Below the pieces are notes generated by a model. It saw nothing but the letters and a program-made list of their open reading frames with translations, did no database searches and was not told the origin of the DNA. Made by a program: the position numbers and the translations under genes. DNA of 64,000 bases from a virus (lineage: Duplodnaviria; Caudoviricetes). Below are positions 56,721 through 64,000 of the stretch, piece after piece (within the stretch, counting starts at the first letter, position 1; every line of letters begins with the position of its first letter). The DNA lies in the IMG/VR virus record IMGVR_UViG_3300008113_000053, positions 2,227-66,226 of that record. The stretch is one strand, 5' to 3'.

Positions 56721-57110
56721 GTGCTTAATCATGTTACATTAATCGGAAGGCTAGTTGCTGACCCAGAAACAAGATCCACGCCTAATGGAAAGTCTGTTTG
56801 TAGTATTCGTATTGCTGTGGATCGTAAAGGCCGAGAGAAGGAGACTGATTTTTTCAGCTGTACGGCTTTTGGTCAAACTGGCGACGCGCTTGGTACATAT
56901 GCTCAAAAGGGTCGCTTAATTGCTATTACAGGCAAGATTCAATTAGATAATTACATAAACAAGGATGGCGTAAAGCAGCAGTCAGTTAAAGTGCTTGTTG
57001 ACGGATGGAACTTACTGGATTCACGTAAAGAGCAGGATTCAGTAGCTCCAAACCCTAAACCAGCCGGAAAACTACAGGTAGACGATATTGATGATCCGTT
57101 TGCAGATTAA
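56721..57110 (+). CDS. ssb: Single-stranded DNA-binding protein
   Basis: LNHVTLIGRLVADPETR, ETDFF, acidic DIDDPFAD tail. Confidence 0.95.
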   Translation: MLNHVTLIGRLVADPETRSTPNGKSVCSIRIAVDRKGREKETDFFSCTAFGQTGDALGTYAQKGRLIAITGKIQLDNYINKDGVKQQSVKVLVDGWNLLDSRKEQDSVAPNPKPAGKLQVDDIDDPFAD

Positions 57111-57186
57111 TCAATAAGATTTAATTTAACCCGTAAGTAATGTTAATGATGTGATGCTTATAGTATGATGAATACTGAGGTGTATT

Positions 57187-57438
57187 ATGGGCGTTATCAA
57201 AAAATATCAAAATCCATCTGGTGGCTTAAATGCAGCTGGACGTGCGCATTACAACAGAACAACAGGCTCCAATTTAAAGCCTCCTGCCCCTAATCCAAAG
57301 ACTAAAGCTGATGCTGGAAGGCGAGCTTCTTTTTGTGCACGTATGTCTGGAATGAAGGCAAAAAACACATCTAGTAAGACAGCTAATGACCCAAATAGCA
57401 GAATTAATAAGTCGCTTAGAGCATGGAATTGTAAGTAG
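57187..57438 (+). CDS. Small basic phage protein (DUF6321-like)
   Basis: GGLNAAGR...NLKPP...RRASFCARMSG...DPNSRINKSLRAWNC. Confidence 0.7.
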   Translation: MGVIKKYQNPSGGLNAAGRAHYNRTTGSNLKPPAPNPKTKADAGRRASFCARMSGMKAKNTSSKTANDPNSRINKSLRAWNCK

Positions 57439-57452
57439 TACGGAATGTAACT

Positions 57453-59174
57453 ATGGCTAAACCAACTACCGGAAGACGATGGCGCGTTGTATCGACAGGT
57501 TACTTTGGTACACCAAAAGCGTCATCTGCAAAAACACCAGCATTGCGCAGGAAGTACATGATGGAAGGCGGCCCAACTACGGCTGTTGGTGACCGTGTCA
57601 GCATTGGTGACATTGCTGTTCCGTCAAATGTTCCTTTAGGTAGTAAGATTTTTGTACCGGGGTACGGTTGGGGTATAGCTAAAGATCACGGTGGGGCAAT
57701 ACGTGGGAACCGCATTGACTTAGCATTTGGCGGAGTAAATGCAGCTGGAACAGCACATAACCCAGAAGCTGAAAAGAAAGCTTTATCTTGGGGGAAAAAG
57801 GCGCACACTGTATATGTATTTCCTGCGTCTTATCAAATTCCTACTGATCATTCTCCGCCACAAGCATATAGGAATGATTTAAGTAACAAGGGTAAAGCAC
57901 CAGTAAAAGTCGCTATTGCAAACATACTTCCAAAAGGAAATGGAAACCTTCCGTCTAGGTCTATTACAAGTAAGAAGGAAGGAAATGCGCTACGAGACAA
58001 GATACTTGCAGCGTCTAAAAAAAGCCCAGTTATACCTACTACAAAACCAGCCACAGCTGATTCTAAAGCATGGTTTACGCACGTAGAATCATTTAATTTT
58101 AATGACCCAGTGCATGGATCACAAGACCCATCAAAATTCTTAGGTTGGTCTGAAGTTGGATCAAGAGCTTACAAACAAAAAATAGACAATATAGTTAATT
58201 CAAGTGATTCTCCTGAACAAAAACTAGGCGCTATTGAAGAAATTAAAAATGGCATTGAGTATCAAAAAGTAAAAAACAGAATGACACCTAAAGATGCAAT
58301 ATCTGCATCTGATTACGCTGACTCTAAGATTGAGTCAGTTCAAAGCAGTTTAATGAAACCTACGGTGCAACCTGCTAAAGAAGAGTCATTTGTTTTAAAA
58401 AATGCGCAGCAGAAAATAGATTCGTCTAAAATTTCAACTACTAAACCAGTTGCTACAGTATCTGGTTCTAACATAACAGCTAAATCAAGGGTGACATCGC
58501 CAATTCAGATGCAGCAATCAGTTGAAACTGGTATCCGCCAACCGTCACTACCTATTAAAAAACCTAAAATGACAGGCAGTATTGTAAAAGATCAGTCTGG
58601 TAATACTGGAGCAAATCCTGCAAAACCACAAGCACCAACAAAAACAGTACAAACATCAATGCCAGCATTAACTCAGCAAGTGCGAAGTCAGGTTAAACCG
58701 GCTGAGCAGAAAGCGGAAATTAAATCCAACGCTAATCCACAAATTAAAGGTACTGCTGATCAATCTGTTTCAGGTGTAACTAAACCTCTTACTACAAGAA
58801 AAATCTCCACAAACGCAATTTTAGAATCACCTTTAAATGAGCCATTAGAACCAGTTGATCCTGCAAAAACAGCATCGCCAAAAGTATCAACGCCAGAAGT
58901 TCAAACACGCAAACCTAATTCCGTTTTGACTAACTATATTAAACGGATTAATACAATTGACTCTCTTGTTGATCCGTCACAATATTTGCAACGTAAAAAG
59001 ATGTTCTTAAAAGAGCAGGCTGCAATCAAGGATGCTAACAACAACTTGACAAGTTCGGAGAGAAGTAAATTATTAGATACACTGGGTGCATACCCAGAAG
59101 ATAATCGCAAACCGCAAACACTAGGCGGTGTTGTTAGAGCTGGTAATAATGCTGCACAAGGAAGTAAACGCTAA
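57453..59174 (+). CDS. 3D-domain (MltA-like) protein with long K/P/S/T-rich tail
   Basis: STGY...IAVPSNVPLGSKIFVPGYGWGIAKDHGGAIRGNRIDL. Confidence 0.75.
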   Translation: MAKPTTGRRWRVVSTGYFGTPKASSAKTPALRRKYMMEGGPTTAVGDRVSIGDIAVPSNVPLGSKIFVPGYGWGIAKDHGGAIRGNRIDLAFGGVNAAGTAHNPEAEKKALSWGKKAHTVYVFPASYQIPTDHSPPQAYRNDLSNKGKAPVKVAIANILPKGNGNLPSRSITSKKEGNALRDKILAASKKSPVIPTTKPATADSKAWFTHVESFNFNDPVHGSQDPSKFLGWSEVGSRAYKQKIDNIVNSSDSPEQKLGAIEEIKNGIEYQKVKNRMTPKDAISASDYADSKIESVQSSLMKPTVQPAKEESFVLKNAQQKIDSSKISTTKPVATVSGSNITAKSRVTSPIQMQQSVETGIRQPSLPIKKPKMTGSIVKDQSGNTGANPAKPQAPTKTVQTSMPALTQQVRSQVKPAEQKAEIKSNANPQIKGTADQSVSGVTKPLTTRKISTNAILESPLNEPLEPVDPAKTASPKVSTPEVQTRKPNSVLTNYIKRINTIDSLVDPSQYLQRKKMFLKEQAAIKDANNNLTSSERSKLLDTLGAYPEDNRKPQTLGGVVRAGNNAAQGSKR

Positions 59175-59446
59175 TGATGGGGTCAATGAGGAAGCACATG
59201 AATACATTGTCATATAGAAACTTGTTGAAAATTGAATCTAAGGAACACGGCAGTAAAATCTCGTCTGGTGAAAAATTAAGTGCAATGGAACGAAAAGAGC
59301 ACAACTTGCCTTCTAATCCATCTATTGCAATGATGCAGCGAGCTGAAGCTAGAGAACACGCAGGTAAAAAAGGATTAGTTGCAAAGCCTAGTGCAGCTAA
59401 AACAAAGCAAGCAACTATGGTTTACAAGGCTAATCGAGGGAGATAA
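59174..59446 (+). CDS. Small basic protein with three E-x-(K/R)EH repeats
   Basis: IESKEH, MERKEH, AEAREH; TAATG coupling. Confidence 0.6.
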   Translation: MMGSMRKHMNTLSYRNLLKIESKEHGSKISSGEKLSAMERKEHNLPSNPSIAMMQRAEAREHAGKKGLVAKPSAAKTKQATMVYKANRGR

Positions 59447-59450
59447 ATAA

Positions 59451-62400
59451 ATGGCATCGGCATTGACATCCGCATTAATTCCTACAACATCTCCAAATCC
59501 ATCTAATCCAACTGGTGTAAACGATGATGATATGGATTTGTTTGACTCACTTTTTGGTGCGCCAACACCTGTTGTAGAAGGCCCACGTGTCCCAACATGG
59601 ATGGCTCCCAAAAGCGGATATCAATTCCATGAATTTAAACCTGATGCTTGGAGTAGCGATCAAGATGTTGTTCAACAACAGGTAACAGAATTAGAAGATT
59701 ACATATCTAAACGAGGAGCTGGACGTAGCCCATCTATTGTTGCAAATGAATGGCTCACATTAAAACGAAAAGAAGGTTCTCAGAAATCTCCATTTCAACA
59801 GCGCGTAAAAGATCAGTACGGAGTTGATGTAGTAGATGACCCAGTTGGATTTCGAGACTTTATGGCATCTACACCTACTGCAGACACAGCTGCTAAGGTT
59901 GTTGAATTTTCAAAAATAAAACCAGTACAACCAGTCCCGGAAACGTCATTTACCAATTTTATTGACCAAGCTTTTCAAAGCCATGTATCCGATGAGATGA
60001 GGTCCCAAGCAGGTAGGGTTAGTGGTCGTGGTTTACATCACGAATACGACTCTGCGTTAATGCACGTCATTAATAGGACACGATCTGGTGACCCAAACTT
60101 AATGGGCACTGCATTTGCACACGCTCAAGAAGTGTCTAGGGTTAAACCCGGAGACGATCCAAATACATATCGCCCACAATTGCAAGCTATGTCTACCCAC
60201 GCAGAAATGGCTGCGCTTGGTGAGACTGATATGGATGCGTTTTTAAAACGTAAAAAAATTAATGAATATTATGCAAGCCCAGCAGGTCGCAAAGAATCTG
60301 TTGCTCAAAGAACAACATGGGAGTTTGTAAAAAACCATATAGCTGAATTAAGGACCGAAGCTGGTAAAGGGAATAAAATTGCTGCAGCAACTTTAGGTTT
60401 AGTTGAAGGAGCTGCAAAACAAGGCAAGCAGTATCAAGTCAGCGGCATTGATGACGCAGAGGCATCTTTTGAGCGATTTAAAGAATCTCCTGCGGGAAAA
60501 TATTTAACCGGCGTTACCTTAAGTCAGTTAAATGGTCAAGGTATTTTTAATCTTCCTGAAGCTAAAGACGCAATGAAGCAAGTTGCTGACGGAATGTTGA
60601 ATCCTGATGACGCAAAATTGCTAGGAAGTAAAATTCGACTTGGGACTACATTAAAAGATATGTTGTCCCCTAAAGGTATTAAAACGCCTGAAGATGAAGC
60701 ACAGTACGACGCAACAGCTAGATTGTTTCAGAATCAATTAGATAATGGATCTACATCAGAGGATGCTGCTAAACCACTTGGTCGATTTACTAATGCTGAT
60801 TTTTTACACGCAATAACTGGGTACACAAAAGATACTCCTAACAATGTTGGGTTGTATGCTCAGCATGAGCGGTCTCCAATTTTTACTCCGCAAACAACTA
60901 CTGGTACGTTCCCTATTGCTTCTAATCAAACTGCATCGATGAACGTACAAGGTTGGGGAACAGCTAAAAACCAACCGCAATTCTTAGGTAATTTAGTATC
61001 TAATCTTGATTTGACTATGGATCAGCGCAATAAATTAGCTGATGTAATGGGTCTTTTTGGCGATCGTCGTGATGACTTTTTAATTGGTATTAATAATCCG
61101 CCAGCAGATTTTCAATCAACATTACAAACATTGGCAAATAAGGTTGGTAGTGAAACAGTTGCATTGACTGGAGCACAACAATCAAATAGGACTACATCAA
61201 CAATATCTAACGCCACACAGAGGTTGATGGAAGGTCTTGGGTCACTAGGATTAGATCCAGCTACTGTACAAGATTTACGAGCTACGTTATGGGAGCCTAT
61301 TTCAGGCGCAAGAGTTCAATTGCAGGGTAATTCTGAAACTGGTGCAAGGCGGCTTTTACCAGACATGTATCACTCGTTTGCGCAGACTCCAGATGGCAAA
61401 CCAATTTATTTACAACCAACAAAAAACATTACTGGCACAGATGAATTCAGGATGCAAATGAGTGATTTGTTCACTGCCGGTGCATCGGATTCTAAGCTTA
61501 GGTCTGAATTAAATAAAAATATGTCATCCGTTTTAAATGACAATCCAGACACTGGATCTGTTTTATTTGACGGCGATCAAAAAATGTTTTCGTACAGATT
61601 AGAGAAATCATTGCGATGGTTACATAGAACGGCGCAATTAAATCCTGATCTTGCTGCGGACATTGAACGCAATTTAGGTATTCAATCAATCCTTGGTCAA
61701 TCTGAGGATGGCTTTACTAAAGACGTTTTAAAGTCATTGAAATCAAATGACTCTGGCGAAATTGGTGGAGTCACCACAAAATTTAACTACCTTGGTGGCA
61801 TTTTAAAAGACAGCACATTAGAGAAGACTGTTATTCCGGGGCCAAATCCAAAAGGTCCTCGTGATCTTACAAGCCCAGTTGAACGCGCTGTTTTAGGTGG
61901 AATGGAAGCTGAAGACGCAAAACGCCGACGAGCTACAAACCATTTATTTGCAGTTGAAAATGACATCAGCCGCGGCATTACTGATGGCCTTGATAACCTG
62001 ACAATGATGGCTGATGCTACGACTGGTGATATTAATTCAGCGCGAACAAATACACGTAAGAGCGTATTAAATTCTGCAATTCAATCACTGTCTAGGAATC
62101 AGGTGTTTAGAGCTGACGATGGCCGAGGATTAGATCCAAAAGCAGAAGAAAAACTTACTAAATACGTTGATGCATTAATGGCTGCTACATGGACTGGTGG
62201 TGATGAAAATAGTCCTAATGTAGCTGCTGCAAAACAAGATTTGTATGATTACATTGACACTAAGAAAATTAGCGTCACGTCATCATCAGTTGAGGCTAGA
62301 AATGCTGCATATCGCAAGTCAGTTGAATTAAACGACAATGTAGCTGCTGCAAAACTATTAGACCCTGTACGGCATTTACTAGAAGAGGGAACGCCATATG

Positions 62401-64000
62401 GAGCAAAAAACAAAGCAGTTGTAGAAGGCTTACAGCAAAAAATTGGCTTACTTGAATTAAGTAAAGAAGGGAATGATGACCCGGATTCAATTAAGCATTT
62501 AAATGAGGTTATTGGAGCATACAAGCAAACGTTAAACAGAATGCTTGACCCAAACACAACATTTAACCAAGGCGGATTAATGACGTTGGCTGATTACGAA
62601 AAACGAGGATTACCCGGTGTTCGTAAATTTGGACAGACAACACAATCAGGTGCGCCATTCGGAACATTATTGCCTTTCAGTCAAATGACCGATGCTGAAA
62701 AAATGGCAGACGCAGAAGAAGCCGTCAATCGATGGCTTGCTGGTCAAGATGTTCCAGCATGGAATAAAGTTGATAAATCAATTAAGCGTGGTGCAGGTCA
62801 AGACTTGTTGCGATATCCATCGTCATTTGAAGGCACAGAGCTTTTTGAGGCCGAGGGTTGGTCCGAGAAAATGGCTCAATCATTTGCTGATGAAAAAGGC
62901 GTAAAGCAAGAAGCTAAACCAATTGACGCACAAATAAAATTTACGTTAAAAAATGGACGACCTAATCCTAACGTAACAATTTCACGTCGCGTAATTAAAC
63001 CAACTGAATCAAATCCTGTTTACAAGGTTGTATATGAAGCAAAGGAATTTCAAGATACACCAAATGGAAAACAGGTAATTGCTAAAGCAAAATTAATTCC
63101 AAAGAATGGTCAACAATCAGCAGAAAGTAAAGCTTACGATAAAGTTGCGTCCGCTAAAGCTGACGTTGATGCAATTTTAGATCAAGTAAAAAACTTACCA
63201 GAAGTTGCTGCATTACGTGCAAAGTTAGATAAGGTAACCGAAAAGTTAAGCACAACTTGGAATGAATACGCAGATGCTAGTGACAACTGGAATTCTATGT
63301 CTGCTGCGGAACAATCAAACAATCCACAAGCAAAAGCACGATTAGAACGCGCCAGAGAGGCTTTAAATACCGTAGACAACGATATCACTACGGATGACTT
63401 TAAGCGCCTTGCGGATTTAGCTCCAAGTAAATTTCCACAAGTTGTTAAAGCAATACGTGATTTAAATGAGGCTGAACAAACAATACGCACTTTTGCTGAT
63501 CCGAAACACAGGAATATAAACAACTTTGTTGTTGGTGAATATGCAAAGTTGTATACACGTCAATCAGGTGGAGCAGCCATGTTTACACCTGAAGCTAGAA
63601 CACAAGCTGAGCGTTTACGTGCTGCAGCTTTAATGAAAGGCCCAAAGGTTGAAGAAGGTGTTGTATTACCCGGACGAACTGCCGATGCACAACGTCGAAT
63701 TGATACTCAAGAAGCTCGCGTAAGAGCTGGAAGCCCAGCTGTAGATCTTGGCTTTGAGCCAACTAATGATTTGTTCTACGACATCGGTAGTGGATTTCAT
63801 TTATGGGATCCAACTGCGTCTAAGCCAGCAAAAATTCAACCTCGTGAAAAGGCAACCTTTGACTTTACTAGCCCCGGTAGGCAAGGGTCAACAGATATGG
63901 ACGCACCGGGAGATCCGGGTCGTGAAGGTAAGTTAGGGCCTATACCACCATTACCTCCTAAGCAGACTGTTGGTATTCCAGCTAAACCAGTTAGTAGAGT
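59451..64000 (+). CDS. Giant hypothetical protein, >1500 aa, 3'-truncated (not in ORF track)
   Basis: GAGGGAG RBS; MASALTSALIPTTSP...; manual translation found no stop through to the window end (...KQTVGIPAKPVSR). Confidence 0.85.
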   Translation, partial: MASALTSALIPTTSPNPSNPTGVNDDDMDLFDSLFGAPTPVVEGPRVPTWMAPKSGYQFHEFKPDAWSSDQDVVQQQVTELEDYISKRGAGRSPSIVANEWLTLKRKEGSQKSPFQQRVKDQYGVDVVDDPVGFRDFMASTPTADTAAKVVEFSKIKPVQPVPETSFTNFIDQAFQSHVSDEMRSQAGRVSGRGLHHEYDSALMHVINRTRSGDPNLMGTAFAHAQEVSRVKPGDDPNTYRPQLQAMSTHAEMAALGETDMDAFLKRKKINEYYASPAGRKESVAQRTTWEFVKNHIAELRTEAGKGNKIAAATLGLVEGAAKQGKQYQVSGIDDAEASFERFKESPAGKYLTGVTLSQLNGQGIFNLPEAKDAMKQVADGMLNPDDAKLLGSKIRLGTTLKDMLSPKGIKTPEDEAQYDATARLFQNQLDNGSTSEDAAKPLGRFTNADFLHAITGYTKDTPNNVGLYAQHERSPIFTPQTTTGTFPIASNQTASMNVQGWGTAKNQPQFLGNLVSNLDLTMDQRNKLADVMGLFGDRRDDFLIGINNPPADFQSTLQTLANKVGSETVALTGAQQSNRTTSTISNATQRLMEGLGSLGLDPATVQDLRATLWEPISGARVQLQGNSETGARRLLPDMYHSFAQTPDGKPIYLQPTKNITGTDEFRMQMSDLFTAGASDSKLRSELNKNMSSVLNDNPDTGSVLFDGDQKMFSYRLEKSLRWLHRTAQLNPDLAADIERNLGIQSILGQSEDGFTKDVLKSLKSNDSGEIGGVTTKFNYLGGILKDSTLEKTVIPGPNPKGPRDLTSPVERAVLGGMEAEDAKRRRATNHLFAVENDISRGITDGLDNLTMMADATTGDINSARTNTRKSVLNSAIQSLSRNQVFRADDGRGLDPKAEEKLTKYVDALMAATWTGGDENSPNVAAAKQDLYDYIDTKKISVTSSSVEARNAAYRKSVELNDNVAAAKLLDPVRHLLEEGTPYGAKNKAVVEGLQQKIGLLELSKEGNDDPDSIKHLNEVIGAYKQTLNRMLDPNTTFNQGGLMTLADYEKRGLPGVRKFGQTTQSGAPFGTLLPFSQMTDAEKMADAEEAVNRWLAGQDVPAWNKVDKSIKRGAGQDLLRYPSSFEGTELFEAEGWSEKMAQSFADEKGVKQEAKPIDAQIKFTLKNGRPNPNVTISRRVIKPTESNPVYKVVYEAKEFQDTPNGKQVIAKAKLIPKNGQQSAESKAYDKVASAKADVDAILDQVKNLPEVAALRAKLDKVTEKLSTTWNEYADASDNWNSMSAAEQSNNPQAKARLERAREALNTVDNDITTDDFKRLADLAPSKFPQVVKAIRDLNEAEQTIRTFADPKHRNINNFVVGEYAKLYTRQSGGAAMFTPEARTQAERLRAAALMKGPKVEEGVVLPGRTADAQRRIDTQEARVRAGSPAVDLGFEPTNDLFYDIGSGFHLWDPTASKPAKIQPREKATFDFTSPGRQGSTDMDAPGDPGREGKLGPIPPLPPKQTVGIPAKPVSR

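Noticed and set aside
1-64000. Stop-codon reassignment, DGR/retron, integrase or intron
   Set aside because: Genes tile densely in code 11 with all three stops used; no RT, integrase or split core gene seen; both tRNAs have sense anticodons.

Overview
This window is most of the genome of a tailed dsDNA phage with podovirus-like architecture, read in standard code 11. No integrase, CRISPR array or DNA polymerase is visible. Region 1-35.5 kb (+) is the virion/lysis arm: terminase (5'-truncated), portal, scaffold, major capsid, adaptors, holin-like genes, fibre proteins, nozzle, ejection-type proteins including a 4335-aa HExxH protein, and a CHAP endolysin. Region 35.5-52.8 kb (-) is a replication/recombination block (DnaB, loader, initiator, LmbU-like, Gam-like, SSAP, VRR-NUC) preceded by about 30 small early-type genes. 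From 53 kb (+) there is an RNA cluster (tRNA-like RNA, tRNA-Asn, structured hairpins), a thermonuclease, tRNA-Leu, thyX, dut, ssb, a 3D-domain protein and a second giant ORF (>1500 aa) missing from the ORF track. The most interesting signals are non-coding. (i) Three copies of a 29-nt H-type pseudoknot, one with a compensatory base change, sit in front of early-gene RBSs. (ii) An RNA cluster around tRNA-Asn, transcribed away from the early genes, has loops with anti-Shine-Dalgarno sequences complementary to the RBS types of those genes. (iii) A phage-specific promoter motif, TTACTTACGG-TATAAT, recurs at operon starts. All protein calls rest on motif recognition and synteny; no database search was run.
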